A DNA stretch of 64,000 nt. Origin: Takakia lepidozioides. Lineage: Eukaryota; Plantae; Bryophyta. The stretch lies in assembly GCA_030704615.1 (NCBI GenBank), contig CM060734.1:23374001-23438000 (forward strand). Reading direction: 5' to 3'. This document shows positions 37,265 through 58,902 of this stretch, in pieces. How positions within the stretch are numbered: the stretch's first letter is position 1; the number at the start of each line of letters is the position of its first letter. The notes beneath the pieces were generated by a model, which saw only the letters and a list, made by a program, of their open reading frames with translations, ran no database searches and had not been told where the DNA came from. Made by a program: the position numbers and the translations under genes.

Positions 37265-39718
37265 ACGGCATCCATTATTATTTCTTAAGCAGGCACCTGC
37301 TATTTTTTTTATCAGTTCGGATGCCTGCCTGGGGCCTGGTCATGGAAATATTTTTGGAGGTAGATTTACTGAGGCTGTCAACCTTTGGAGTGTTGATGCA
37401 AATGCTGTTAGCTTAGCGGATACAAGCAAGTATCTGCAAGAGAGAAATGGGTGGAAGTACCTACCCGTTCAGAGGCGGGTGATACAGTTCAACTGACAAA
37501 ATTTATTAGTGAAATCTCTTTGTAGAAAACTAATTAGTTTTCGTTAGTGATAGGAACTCAATTCTGTGTAGGTTGACTGCCCCAGAAACCATCCGGGGCT
37601 CACAGAGGCAGCGGCCCTGCCTCTGCCCTGCCCTTCCAATCTGCCAAACCAGGCCTGGTTGGGCATCTCGCTTTGCCTCTTCGGTCCCAATGAAGCACAA
37701 AGGGTTCTGTGACAGGGGACTAAAATGGTTTCCTTTGTTTGGCGAAGTTGCTTGTTGTCTATCATGCACTTCAGCGGTCTTGACAAGTTACTGCGGAGAA
37801 GGTACACCTCTGGCAACTCTTACAGGTGCGGGTGGTTCATTATTCTACTGTAGAGACAAATCTGTTTACCTCGGCTTCTAGTATTAGTGCATGTAGGTGT
37901 AATTAGGCAGACAGTTTTGAGGGTGCACATGAGGAGTCCATTTTCTTTGTGGCAGGTTAGCCAGTTAATTTAACAGGCTGTCTGCATAGGATGCCGTTCT
38001 TGATGGTTTTATGAATTTCGGACTTTGTCCTGTGAGAATGTGATTGATTGCATTTTAAGACACCATTTATTCTTGTCTTACTGCAACTGATTTGATGTGC
38101 ATGGGAAATCTTGGACAACGATAAGGTACCCGCTAGGTTTAGGGAAAAGTCTGATTGTCTGATACAAGTCCAAACATCTCCTTATGGATGATTGTCTGAC
38201 TGATTTAATGTCATTCTCTAATCCACCTACATGTGTCCGGGTCTTAGTTGTGTGTTATGCGGAGGGCCATGGTTAGTCTGGCTGTTGCCTGATTGTTTTC
38301 CCTTCTCCCACGTCCTTGCACGGAGTTAGGTGCCTAGTACATACTAGTGTTGGAGAATGCTGAAATGGTTGTTGTTTTGCAGAAGCGTGTTCTTACATCA
38401 TGAAACCTTAGACCTCAATCGGTTGTTGGTTCCCAGCTCCTACATCTACTGTCATACCATTGGAGTATGTCAGTCTGGCCGATTGTAAGACAATGCTTGC
38501 CACTGTCCAGCAATGTCCATGAAAACGTCAGAAATGCGGATGTATTCCACTGAGACCAGCAAAAGTCCAAATTTTTCCCCTTGAAGTCATAGCACCATGG
38601 ACATAAAATCCGCATGCATGAAGTTTGGAAGAACTGTAGTCCACAACCCTAATTCACAATGCATTCACATTCCTAAAACATGCAGCAGCAAATCCCTACA
38701 AAGTCTACAGCCCTAAATTTGGAATTTTTGGTGCATATGAAACTCCAAAAACAGGTGGAAGACGAGTACTTTGGGCTAAGATCTGTTTGCGTTCACAGAC
38801 TGCCGACCTTCCAATTTTGCCCGGCCACTTTTTTTTTCAGTAAATTCTAACTCTGTGGGGTGGAGGGGCTGCGTTAGGCTGCATCAAAGGGTAGGGTCCG
38901 GTTACAGTTAAATGATTATACCCTGATATACCCTGCGGGTATATCCAGATATATGATATACTCCCAAAGCACTGGTTTGGTCATGACGTGAAGTCAAGCA
39001 AATGGTCAAGCCAGCTTGGTAAGATAAGAAAGGCTCCTAGTCAGCAACTTGGTCAAGGAAGTAAGGGTTCAAAGGATGCAGAGTGACCTGCTGCTCAATG
39101 CATAGAGCTTGAAGAGGTGGACCACACAGGAGGATGGTGTGAATGTGCAACATGTAGGACAACCCATCATCATCATGAAACACAACATCAGTGCGGCAAG
39201 ACAAGGGGAAGCAGAAGGCACTGTTTCATCCCACTGCAAATAGAAGCCACCAGGTACTTTGAAGGTCTGTGCTCGTGAGTGTGTGCCTCACATATAGATG
39301 CTTGAAACACAAAATCTTAGAAGTTAGAGCTGGAGAGGTTCACATACCTCTGGGCTGATTTACAGATGTTTAGACCCTCTCCTGAGGAAGCCAATAATCG
39401 GGCTTTGAGATGTCAGAGTGTGTTGAGTAGCAGGAAGTACTCTATTTAACCATACACTGAGGGAGGGATACCACAAAAGAGGGACTACATCACCCAGTTG
39501 TGCCTGTACCAAAAGTTGCAAACACGACCTATGCCATGAAAATGCTAATTCAATTGGACAAGCTCACTTGACATCATCCCAGAAACATGAAAAAATGACA
39601 GTATCTCCCTACAAGTCCAGTAACTGCATTATCGTACACATGGAAGGAAAAGTCTACTCCAAGCCGCATGATTGCTGATGTCAAAGAGCACTGTTTGCAT
39701 GCGTGTTTATCCACAAAA

Positions 39719-47333
<7,615 letters not shown>

Positions 47334-47516
47334 CTTGCCCCTCCCTCTCCCTTCTTCCCTCTTCTTCTCCTGCCTCCCTGCCCTCATGCAGACTGGAGTT
47401 TCGAGAGACAGCTGCTTTTATTCATCCACATTTAATAGTTCTTCCCGTTTAGTATTTTACTGAGAACTCCGTACGCATTATTTAGATAAAGACTAATACT
47501 GCGACGCGTATAGATA

Positions 47517-47589
47517 GCCGCCCTAGCTCAGTTGGTAGAGCGCAAGGCTCTTAACCTTGTGGTCGAGGGTTCGAACCCCTCGGGCGGCG
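47517..47589 (+). tRNA. tRNA-Lys (CTT)
   Basis: 73-nt cloverleaf: acceptor GCCGCCC/GGGCGGC, anticodon arm caagg-ctCTTaa-ccttg, GGTTCGAA T-loop, downstream T-run. Confidence 0.96.
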
Positions 47590-47644
47590 AGGTAAAGTAT
47601 TTACAGTTTTTTGGTTTTGGTCCTACTTGTAGTAGTAGGCCTTA

Positions 47645-47930
47645 GAGCATCTCCACGGTGCCACGACACTTGCCCGAAAATGGCAATCTAACGTTGCCGG
47701 CCCCGCCTTAAATCTGCCAACCACTCTACATTAAATTTGTGAGTTAATGAGATGTGATGTCCTCGGTCAACGTGCCAAGATTGTGATAGAGCGGCGAGCC
47801 TCCCTCAGGGCTATCTCTGCCGGGTTTCCTACCGTCCCAATCATGGAGTATCAACCAACCAGTCCTTGTAAAAAATACCGTAATCAGGGTATATAACGTT
47901 TGGCGGGCCGTCCTCACCGTGGAGATGCTC
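47645..47930. mobile_element. PIF/Harbinger (Tourist-like) MITE
   Basis: 16-bp TIRs GAGCATCTCCACGGTG / CACCGTGGAGATGCTC flanked by a TTA TSD. Confidence 0.88.
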
Positions 47931-48302
47931 TTAGTGATTCCTAGCATTTCATGACAACTCCATTTTGTATTTTGTAATGCAGCAGCTTTTGTCAGCTTTG
48001 GATTCTCCTGAAGACACGCATTACAAGCTGAAATGTACTAACTGGTTTATGGTGTCTAGATCATACGACCAAACCTTTTAAATCCTTAACCCCTAAGCGC
48101 CCAGTGCATTACTTTGACTTTTGGGAAAAACACGACCCCTAGTCGTTAGAAAAGTTGTTGGTATTTTCTGGAAAAAATGAATTTGAGAAAACTGACCACC
48201 CATAAGTTATGTGCACAACTACCTCTACATTTCGGACAAATCCTGGATAACCACACCGTTGGAGGTGGCCTCGCCCATTTTTGGCTCCTATCAAAAAAAC
48301 CC

Positions 48303-48335
<33 letters not shown>

Positions 48336-48759
48336 AGATCTGTGTTTTGAGTGACGAGATGAAAGTGGATTGGCCTGAATCTGCTCCCACTTCATTCCCA
48401 CGAGTTCCAGCATCCATCCAAAATTGGAGAGCTTACACTTTGGTCATTTTTTCATTTTTTTGGTGGGTTTTGCAAATGGGACAAAAGCAAGACTTGCTTG
48501 CAAGCTGGATTTCAACTTTACCATGGCTCTGTCTCTGACTGCATAAGCTCCAATGCTAATGTTGGTCAATCCTTGAGTGATTGGCTCCTCAATTTCCTCG
48601 TCATCTTCTTCCGGGTCTGATTCTTCCTCATATATTGTTTCTTCCTCATCTGTGGTTTCTTCCTTATATGTTGTTTCTCCTTCTTCTGTCTCATCAAACA
48701 ATTTAAGTCTTAAGAGAATCGGGAAGATCATAATCCGCTTGAAACGCTCCTAGAGCGTC

Positions 48760-51420
48760 CAAAGGATCTGACTCCTCTTCTTGTGCTTCAGGTTGAACAG
48801 CAAACAGAAATGCATCGGGAAGTTGATCTTACACTCTTGTTGCTGGTTCACCTATGGTAATTCTTGACAGATGATCTGCCGTAACATGTAGTCTTCCAGG
48901 TTTATGAACCACTTCAAAATCATACTCATGAAGTGGTAATAACTATCGAGCAACCCTGCTACTAGTTAGTGGTCGATTTGCCAAATGAACCAAAGCCTGA
49001 TGATCAACAATAAATTTAAAGTGATTGCCAAGTAAATAATGCCGAAACTTCATTGCCAATGCTTCCCTCTCTGTGGTGCTTTAGTTCTTTTCAGCAGATG
49101 TCAGTAGTCTGCTTGCATAATAGATTGGAGAATCTATTGTGCCTGTCACATTCTGAGCCATAACTGCTCCAAGGGCGATGCCTCATGCATCACTATGTAC
49201 ATGGAATGGGTAGATCCCATCTTGGATTGATCAAGATTGGTGCAGTTATGAGTGCCTCTTTCAGCGAATCAAATAATTCCTGACAAGCTGGAGACCATTG
49301 GTGTTTGACATCTTTTTTTAGCAGTCTGTAGACTGGTGCTGCTCTGTGAGCATACTTGCACATGTATCGTCTGTAGAAACTTGTCTGTCCCAGGAAGTTT
49401 TTAAGCTTCTTTGGATTCTCTGGTGGTGGTATTTTCTTGATACTGTCCACATTCTTTGGGTCAACCAGAAGTCCCTGTTGGCACACAATGTGTCCCAATA
49501 ATACTCTTGAATTCACACAAAATGTGCATTTTTCGGGGTTTAGACTTACCCCATTGATTTTGCATACTTATAGGTAGAGCTTTAAATTTGTAAGCGTAAG
49601 CTCCCCATTCAGTGATGAATGTGGTCTTCTTTCGGTCTTCCTCTGCCATCTGCAGATCTGATTGTACCCACTGAATCCATCCATGAATGAGTACATCTCG
49701 TGTCCTGCCACCATGTCCAACACTATCTCTGTAAAAGGTAGTGGAAATGGGTCTTTCTTGGTTCCTGCATTCAATTTGCGGTAATCCACACATACTCGCA
49801 ATTTGTCATTTTTCTTAGGCACGATTACAATGGGTGATAACCATTGTGGTGTCTCTACTTGGTATATGAATCCTGCAAAGGTAATTTCTTGATTTCTTCC
49901 CAAACCTTTGCTGCAAAGTTGGGATTCATCCTGTATCCGTTCTGTCGAACAGGTTTAGTATCCACTTCTAGCTCAATCCAGTGCTGACAGATAATTGGGA
50001 GGTATTCCCTTCAGATCCTTGTAGTTCCAAACGAATACATCTTTGTATTCGGTGAATAGTGCAGCAAGGCCTCATGTAGGAATGATTCTTCAAGGCCTGC
50101 ACTTACTCGTATTATCTGTGGGTCTTCCACTGTACCCAAATTCATTTGAATCAGTTGAGTTTCTTCCGGCAGTGTCCATCCTGCAATATCTTGTCCTATG
50201 GTAGCAATCGTGGCTGGTACTTCACTGATTTCTGATATCCTCTTCTCTTTCTTGATAGAAACGAGCGGGATGTTGAGGTGTGTCCATGGCTTCCTCCTCA
50301 GGGTCATCTGTTACTGGATTGCTTGTTTCCCCTTGTGTGTTCACCATGTGACATCCTACTGTCGTGGTATGCTTGACCACTAGTTGACCAATAGGTTCTA
50401 GCTGTGGATGTGTTGCATACACCGTAGCTTCTTCTTCATCCGACAGTCCATTAGACCAGTCATATTCTTCCACTAGGCAAGGTCGTTTCTCTCATAGCAT
50501 CGTACCTCGTTGCTTAGTGGTGATAGTGACTTGTTTCGACCCTTTCTTGATCGTGAGAGTTAGACTTCCCCAATCGTGGTAAGATTGGGCTTGGGTTAAC
50601 CATGGTCTTCCAAGCAATAACAAATACCCTTCTGCCACGTCTTCCATTCTGAGAATTGTCACTGGTACTTCGTATAGCAGTCCTGCTACTTCCATTGCTA
50701 GACGTCTGATGATACCCAATGGCTATAATTTCCGTTGATCTACCATTCGTACCGTGAATGGAGCAGGTTCCATATGCCCCAATCCCAGTGACTTCTTCAT
50801 TTTCTTTGTCATTGTATTAACTCCCGATCCTCCGTCGATGAGTACATGCATCACCAATTTTCGTCCAATACGTACTTGTATCACCGGTATTGCTTCATCT
50901 TAGTCTGGAACTCGTGGTATAATCGTGGGTTTAATCGTGTAAACCTCTGGTGTTGGCGTCCTTTTTGGTGTAGTGGTCAAGGCCTCAATTGCCCGAAATA
51001 ATGTTTTATTGCAGTGTGGAGCAATTTTCAATAATTGTCCAATGGTGATTTGTGTCTTAGTCTGGCATATTACTTCAGTCAATGCCGTCTTCGTGGTTTC
51101 ACTCGTGGTTTTCGTGGTTGGTCTGATCTGGTCATCTGGAGTTGGATCTCCAGAAGGTATATGGGTCCTTTCTTGCATTTGGGCTATGGCCTTGCTTACC
51201 TCCTGGTGTAAGCTCTTTTCTTCCTGCCATGCTACACTTTCTGGATATTGTTTCCGGTCTTCGTCGGATTCAGACTCCTTATCTGGAGGTTTCTGTTCTT
51301 GTCTCGAGTTTGGGTTACCGCAAGGGTATCCACTAGTTGGAGAGAGCTCATCGCAGGTATCGGCTGGTCCCGGAGTGTTTACATGGATCTGCCTATGTCT
51401 GGACGCAGACTGCAATTCAG
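48760..51420 (-). mobile_element. Decayed Ty3/Gypsy (Athila/Tat-like) gag end-PR-RT-RNase H
   Basis: VLIDGGSGVN, LLLGRPWL, WLSPIVIVPKK...CVDYRKLN...MDGFSGYNQI, LLGHIVC; many stops and frameshifts. Confidence 0.88.
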
Positions 51421-52020
51421 CAAAGGGTAAGCAAGTGGATGGAAGCAAAAACTTGGCCAGAGTTATTGACGGCCAGATGGATGGAGGACTTGTACATCAA
51501 TCAACCCAGTGCTACACAAGTCACACAGGTGGGGTTTGCGATATTCGAACGATGTCACTTTCCTACTAACTGGGAGTACTCAGAGTTTTTGGGCAGGACG
51601 GAGAAGGTCTATGCGGATTCTGACGATAAGGTGTTGCCATGTTGCGAGGCTGGAAGGATGAGTCTGATGTCGAAGAGAATGAGACCTTAGAGACAACAAC
51701 AAAGCCCTTTCAAATTCCCCGTGGTCAGAACCACTCGCCACTGCGGGTTGCAATAATGGATGCAATGGGTCCCACCTATCCACCTGTCATCCCCGTACGT
51801 CTTCATGAGGCCACCGACGGAAGGAAAAGAGGCTTCTCATTCTCATCCCCTGCCAACTCCTCCATTCATTTTAAACAGTATCCCGGCTTCAGATTACTCC
51901 GAAAAACCAATGTTATGTCATTCCTTCACGGACAGTGCGTATGGGATAGCGACAATCCCATCGGCTTTCCATGCATTTTGTAACTTTGCATGCCACACAT
52001 TGCTCTTTTAATGCCGAAAC

Positions 52021-52655
52021 ACATGTAGTTGTCACCGACTACATGTCAATGTAATTGACTGATTCCGTATGGATTTTCAAAAGGGGTGAACACGTAGTAC
52101 TCTCTCCAACTGTTGAAATTGAAGGACGGTACCGAACGGAGCACATAAGGTAATGCAAACTTCCGCAATTGGGCGAATGAGGTCATGGAATATGTGGAAT
52201 TTAACATATTCAATGGATTTTGCACTCTTTCATTGGGCAACAGTAAAGGTCGGTGCCGACTAAAAGTATATGAGATCGTGGAATGTGCGGTCTTCATCAA
52301 ATTATATGGAAATTGATATCTTTCGAAGGGCTAACAGTGAAGGTCGGTGCCGACTACATGTGCACATCCTCTCATTGAAACGTGGTAAATGGGCATATTG
52401 TAGGCAAATCCCACAGTTCTTAGCCCAAAGTCTTATACGCCCAACAGTAGAAGCTATATTCGAGAATAGCATAAGACCACCTTCCAACAGTGGGATTTGG
52501 CATATTATGGGCTCACTCCAATGGACCAACGGCATGATGTGGGTGGTGCGGTGCCGATTACAAGCATATGAGGTCAAGGAAACAACGGAATTGGTCATAC
52601 AATAGGCAAATTGAACTGATCGAGGGGTTTTCAATGGAGGTCGGTGCCGAGTAAA
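52021..52655. repeat. Spaced palindrome family A (TAGTCGGTGCCGACTA-like), cluster 1
   Basis: Copies near 52021, 52249, 52343, 52548 and 52640; degenerate copies near 52126 and 52438; spacing ~100 bp. Confidence 0.75.
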
Positions 52656-52820
52656 GGTAAATGGGTCCATGGATACGACGACAATGATGGCATATTATAA
52701 GAAAATACGATTCCCCCGCAACGAGTACATCCCAATTATCCAATTGCTCTCATGATTGCACGGTAGAAAAGAATAGCGACAGCGCATTCTCATCAACTGG
52801 GACACCTTGGATAGGCAGGA

Positions 52821-54005
52821 ACGGAAATGCGGTGCCGCATTTTCCGTCCGGGCTCTTTCAATGGAATCCAGAGGACGGAAATGCGGTTCTGCATTTCCGT
52901 CCTGCTACGGCTGTTCTGCTACTTTCGATTGCTGTTGGACGAAAATGCGGCACCGAATTTCCGTCCGAGGTGCACCTTTGTATTTTCAAGAACCGGAATG
53001 CGGCTACTCATTTCCGTCCAACATGCAACGCCTGTAACAGTGCAACGGAAATGCGGCACCGCATTTCCGTCCAAGTCGTACCTTCCGACTTTCCAGAACG
53101 GAAATGCGGCGCCGCATTTCCGTTTTTCATCTCAGGCATGCAGCACGGCAGGCAATGCGGCATGGGGGCCGCGCATTTCCGTCCAGGTTAAAACCTTATA
53201 TCTCCAGAACGCGAAATGCGGTGCCGTATTTCCATTCTGATTGTAAATCATGAAACACTGCAACTAAAATGCGGCACCGCATTTCCGTCCGAGTCGTACC
53301 TTCCGGCTTTCCAGAACGGAAATGCGGCGCCGTATTTCCGTTTTGCATCTCAGGCATGCAGTAGTGCGACGAAAATGCGGCACCGCATTTCCGTCCGGGG
53401 AAAACCTTTATACTCTCCAGAACGGAAATGCAGTGCCGCATTTCCGTCCAACAAGTAAGGTATGTAATAGTGGGACGGAAATGCGGTGCCGCATTTCCGT
53501 TCTGATTGTAAATCAGCATGAAACACTGCACAACTTAATGCGGGGGCGCAGTTCATCCGAGTCGTACCAGGGGACTCTGACTTTCCAGAACGGAAAGCGG
53601 CGCCCGCATTTCCGTTTTGCATCTCAGCCATGCCGCAGTAAGACGGAAATGCGGCACCGCATTTCCGTCCAACAAATAAAGTATGTAACAGTGGAACGGA
53701 AATGCGGTGCCGCATTTCCGTTCTGATTGTAAATCATGAAACACTGCCACTGAAATGCGGCACCGCATTTCCATCTGAGTCGTACCTTCTGTTTTTCCAA
53801 AACGGAAATGCTGCGCCGCATTTCCGTTTCTTGTCAGGCAGCTTGAAACCGCATTTCCGTTCGGAGGATGCAACTCAAAGCTGCCTTAACGGAAATGCGG
53901 CACCGCGCATTTCCGTTTTCACTCTAACTCATGAGATGTTGGTGACGCAAATGCCATGATATGTGAACACGTGGTACGCACTGGAAATGTCCGGGCACCG
54001 CATTT
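52821..54005. repeat. Array of ~21 26-bp palindromes ACGGAAATGCGG-NN-CCGCATTTCCGT separated by ~27-bp spacers (53-bp period)
   Basis: Units start at 52821, 52875, 52939, 52992, 53045, 53098 ... 53263, 53316, 53369, 53422, 53475 ... 53590, 53643, 53696, 53749, 53802, 53889. Confidence 0.95.
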
Positions 54006-55799
54006 TGATGTCTGCACTCAGCTCAGTCTGTGTGGTCAGGAGGCGCGGGGGGCGCCTGACCATTAATTAATGATTTTGTTTTTGCGGACGGCAGACTACT
54101 CTTGACGATTCAAATTTCGTAATGACGCATAGTCCACGAGGAGACACTTCCATCCCAGCCTTTCGAACCCAAGTGGTGCATCACCGCCGTTTCATCTTCT
54201 TTTGTCGTGTCTACTCAGTCATCCCTCTCGCCCTTTCCATCTGCACTCTTTTCTATGTCTGTGTTCCTCTTATGCTCTCAGCTTGAGAGGGAGGGAGTTC
54301 GTGCACCAGAAGAGACACATCGGCCGCATTAGCTCCGCAAGTTGTACTTCAGACGTAGCCAATGCCGAAGGGGAGGAAGCAGATGTGTTCTTCAGGAGGA
54401 GATGGTCATCTCGCAGCAGCAGGCAACGCAGTAACCAGCCCAGCCCGGCAGTAGAGCTCCGTGCTATCGGGATGCGCGCAGCTGATCGAGCACCCGAAAC
54501 CCTCCCTCATTTTCGTTGTGCAATTCTTAGACTATATGATAGGACACTTGAATGTAAGATGTTTTGCAATGCCTAACTCGAAGGTGGAGGTGGTGGAGGG
54601 ATCGCAGGAATCCGAAGAGAGCCGCAAGAAGATCCGTGGAGCTAGCTGGCAGCACGCACAACCCAGCCGATCCACGAGCACGGGGTCTTCCTGCCGGGCC
54701 TAGCCCTGTGCATTTTAAGGATGCGGCTTGGAAAGGCAAGTTTTTGCAGTTCAAAGCCCCAAAAAAAAACTCGCGGTTGAAGGTCATGGAGAATCGTCAG
54801 CAAGGTTTGGGCCCTTCTCCAGCAAAGACGAAGAAGAAGCAGCCTATCCTTGAACTGGTTTCTGAACCGTACCAGGCCGTTTCCCCCTCCCCCCAAGAGA
54901 ATGAAGCAGAAGGGTCATTGCAGATTCAAATGCAGCAGGACACCTTCACCTGCAAGAATCAAGAAGCAGAAGGCAATCAGGGGGAGGGGGCAGCAGTCTC
55001 CCGCAAAACCGATTCCACGACCTGAAGCCCAGTTCCTCCTGCTTGATTTCCAGGCATGTGATGTTGGGGGCGTCTCTGCTGCAGCGAAGGCAACGGGATC
55101 GACCGATTTCGTCGATCTGTCAGCGGAAGAGGGTGCTGCTGCTGCTGTGTGTCAGACAGCAAGAAGGAGCGTGGAGTTTACACATCAGGAGGGGGCGGGA
55201 AAAACTGCAATGCAAATTGTGTATAGGTGAAGCCCAGCTCCCGTTGTATGCAAAAGCTGGGTTATGAGGTTTGCCTGGGAATGCGGCACCGCATTCGCAC
55301 TTTATGTTTTCGGTTGCACTCTGCGAATACATTGGTCATAACTTGTGCTCACACATGCTGACTGTCTTGCAGGTATATGAATAATGTGCTTCTTAAGACG
55401 GGGCCCTGGCTCAAGAGCCCCCGTTCTTCATGGCTTGGACCGTGGCGGGCCCAGCTGTGTCTACACACCAGAGATGCAGAAACAATGGCATGCCGCGCAT
55501 CTCGTTGGATGCCCGTGGTACCTGGACATGTCCGGCGGACTTGTTGACAAATCAGAGAAAGATCTGCACATGAAAGCGGAGGAGAAGAGAAAGGAAAGAC
55601 GTGTCCCTGCTGGGCCTGAGTCAGCAAAGGACGTTGCGTCTCTGGAACAATCCAGAAAGGTCACTGAGATGCACAGAAGACGGTGGATGCAGCTGTGCAG
55701 GCTCAACAGAAGGGGTCGAAGAAGAGGACTCACCAGCAAGGAGCAGCAATTGTGAAACCCAAGAAGACGAAGAAGCAGAAACAGAAAGAGCAGGAAGAG

Positions 55800-56500
55800 G
55801 GTGACGAAGAGGACTCCGATGGAGACTTTGCAACCAGCCCACCCCCCGAAACGCAGCTGAAATCCCCTGTGCCCACCGAGGGACGAGAACAGGCTCAACA
55901 AAGAAGGCACTCTTCAACCCCCCGGGGGGGCACCCTTTTGAGCCGGTGGAAATGAAGAGGCCGAAACTGGAGCCAGAAACAGTAGTTCAGTGTGTTAATG
56001 AGAGTTTCTTGGCGGCTTTGGATGGACGGGCAGCGCAAGTTGGCATACATCAAACCATGGAGGGTCTGAAGGGCAGAGCACTGAAGAAGGTAGCTGCCAA
56101 AGAGCCTCCGACACCCCTGGGTTTCTGAAGATGGTCTCGTTCTTTGAGAAGGTGTGTGCAGGGAAGGATTGCAGGAGGGGCGGAAAAGCCACCGAGTGGT
56201 CTTGCGATATGATCATCTTGGATATTCCGGACGGAGAGCTTGTGGAACTAGGACTGCAAGCTTTGCCATCTTGGAACAGGTACTCCGAGGACTTTTGGAA
56301 GAAGGACATGTCGGGCTCGCCCGCATGGTGTTGGACGATAGAGGCTGTGTGGTTGTCCTGGCGAGTAGAGGCAAAAACACGGAGGCATGAATTGCGAAGT
56401 GGACCCGCAAGAGCGTCGTCCCAATTCTGAAGAAGAAGTGGATGTGCATCAACACATTGGGCCTTCGGTCGGAAGGGAAGAAGGGGGATTGAAAATGCAT
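55800..56500 (+). pseudogene. Beta-class amino-methyltransferase-like ORF, copy 1 (3' part of a frameshifted, probably spliced gene starting near 54550)
   Basis: CDMIILDIPDG...PSWN...LARMVLDDRGCVVVL...WMCIN resembles DLIITDPPY...RVLKxxGxI...WxKxN. Confidence 0.5.
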
Positions 56501-56696
56501 GCGCGGTGAGCATGAGCGGAGTATTCCGAACCTTGCCCGAACCTACACCAAACCAGAATTATAGACCAAAAACACGCAGGTCCGACCTCGCCGAGCACAC
56601 TACTTCCCCATACCTAACAGGGACAATTTGGGATTTTGTAAAAGCGCAGGGAAATTGGGGTTTCAACGCTTATAGCCATGCCCCAAGTTTTGCCAT

Positions 56697-56980
56697 TATA
56701 GTCGGCACCGACTAAAACATAGCAGGCCAATATAGGGTAAAACGCCCCGTGCGAAGCTTGCGGGTGTTGTAATCGCCAACGACTACAGAAAGCATACGAA
56801 ATTAGGAGGGTAATCGTCGTTGAATTAATTCAAATACAATGTGGCAAATAAAACTTGGTTACTGTTATAGAAGGCACCGAGTAGGTGACACGCGTTGGTG
56901 AACGATTGAAGAAGCATATGAGGAACGTAGATGAGCGAAGGTACTGCGTTCCAAGCTCAAAGTATAGTTGGTGCCGACTT
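56697..56980. repeat. Palindrome family A, cluster 2
   Basis: tatagtcggcaccgacta at 56697; variants near 56769, 56865 and 56963. Confidence 0.7.
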
Positions 56981-57544
56981 CATGCACTTAAGTTAAATGA
57001 GGGACAACCAACATGTAGCCCAGTGGTAATGGGCACATACCACGTTGGATGTGGTTGTTCAAACCACAGTCTGGTGTGTCATGAAGGTGTCCACCTTTCA
57101 GCTGGAAAGCAGTAGCCCTTGTGGTGAAGAGACACCATAAGTTACGTTCCATTCGGGAGGCGTCATAATGAATGAATGAATGATTAAATGAGGCAACTGA
57201 GTGGAGTCTCTGTTTAAAAGTTCATAGAGCGCATTGCCTACCCATGGCTGTTGGTTTTGGAGGAGATCAGAAAGCACTCAAAGAACGAGTTTGGGTTGCC
57301 TTGGCCATTGCACCATCATGTCAAGATCATGGAAGCTGTTGAAGCATCGTGGAAGAGAAATTGTAATCCGCAATATTGAAATCCGGGCACATCATTGGAT
57401 GATACCAAACAGTTTAGGTGGCATAGAAAAGCCTAGTGTCTACTCAGTGATAATTGGGGCCTCATTAAGTACTAGATGTGATGACACCATGGTCGGCCAC
57501 GATAGACAATCGTCACTATGGTAACCAAGGACAAGGGTCGTGAA

Positions 57545-58890
57545 CTAACATTGTCTTCACCTCATTTATGGAGAGATTAGGGTGGTTGATGTCCTCCGAG
57601 TCTTCTCCCGCATTTTCAATCGGCGCAAAAAATATAGTATATATGCTTGCAGTGGGTATATGCGGATTTAGCCCTCTTCATTTTTCCAAAGTCAGGGCAG
57701 GTGCACTCCAGACTTCTAGAGATGCACACATTGTAGACCTCCCCTGCTTTGGCCATCCCGTGTGCAGAGTGTGTACACACGACCAATTCCAGGGCGGGAA
57801 CATCTTGAACGATTGTACAATTGCCTTCAAAGATTGTCCGAGCTCCATCTTTTTACGGGCTTGTGCACTCAATGGCTTTCGTCGATATATTTTATCCCAT
57901 CTCTTGGTTGCATATGTGTCCGGATCCAGGTGATTGGTATCCTCCCTCCTCCGCAACAGGTGTCCCCTCTCTCCTGGCAGCGCTTTAAATCGTCTGTAGA
58001 CAATCAAATCGCCAGCCACGGTTAAGGGTGCCACCTCCTCCTGATTTAAATTTGTCCCAACCATCACAGGCCAAACGTCGGGACATCTAGTCTATTGGCA
58101 CGCATCGCCCTGCTTCATCACCACCGACGGCAGTAACACGATTCAGTTGGAGGGGGCAGTGCCACATTTCCATCATCTTTGGTTTTACGCAAAGCCGGAG
58201 GATGTGGGCGACCACATATCTTGGGAGTGGGCAGGAACACCTCAAACTGTTGAGTTGCCGGATTCTTCTTTGGCCGGATTCTTCTTTGGAGAGACATCTG
58301 AACAGTAGTTGTGGGCACTCTTAGTCTTCCAGCACCTTCACGGCGCCTGGGTGTGGTGCGGAGGTTCATGTCAGGCCTCCATGAATGAAGGTGTTCCTCG
58401 TCTTCTAAGTTGCCTAAAACAATCTTCCGCTTCGTTGTCCGAGTGAGAAGGTCGCCCTCGAGCCCAGGATTTCTACCATAGAGAGGAGTTCCCTCCACAA
58501 AACTTCTTACCGCCTCTGCCATCTTCAGAGGATCAGAAGACCGCGCTGCCGCCCAATGTAATATTGTTGGCGGTCGGGACCAGAACCCTTTGCACCACCC
58601 TTTAGATAAATATGGAAGGCCGATGATTGCAAAATAGCCCTTGTCATGTGTCGTCTTTTGTTGGCTGTGTACAGGTCCACTTTTAAGACACCACTCCCGG
58701 CCTGCCAGCTCGCATTTGGCATTGCTGCGTCCTCTTCCAAATCCAATCCTTGCAGGTAAAATCTCCATCATGAGAACTACATTTGCGTGGACAACGAAAA
58801 AGGCAAGGTCTTAAGGTGAGGTTCATCGAAACGATATCGAGCCTGAAGTTATCAGCACCGAATATAGCCATCGAATGCTTCATGACACAG
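57545..58890 (-). pseudogene. SWIM zinc-finger protein gene, frameshifted (transposon-associated)
   Basis: Minus strand 57780-57616 translates YNVCISRSLECTCPDFGKM...YTHCKHIYYIF (CxC...CxH); co-linear upstream ORFs 57678-58067 and 58118-58771. Confidence 0.65.
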
Positions 58891-58902
58891 AACCCAATCT
58901 TA

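Noticed and set aside
48304-48331. Poly(A) run as a retrocopy tail
   Set aside because: No TSD or identifiable retrocopied body.
52807-53959. Many ORFs with repeated KCGTAFPS/GNAAPHFR peptides
   Set aside because: They are open in most frames on both strands, a by-product of the palindromic repeat.
52821-54005. Calling the palindrome array a bona fide CRISPR array
   Set aside because: Eukaryotic context, no cas genes, and spacers recur in a higher-order pattern; kept as a repeat and as a finding.
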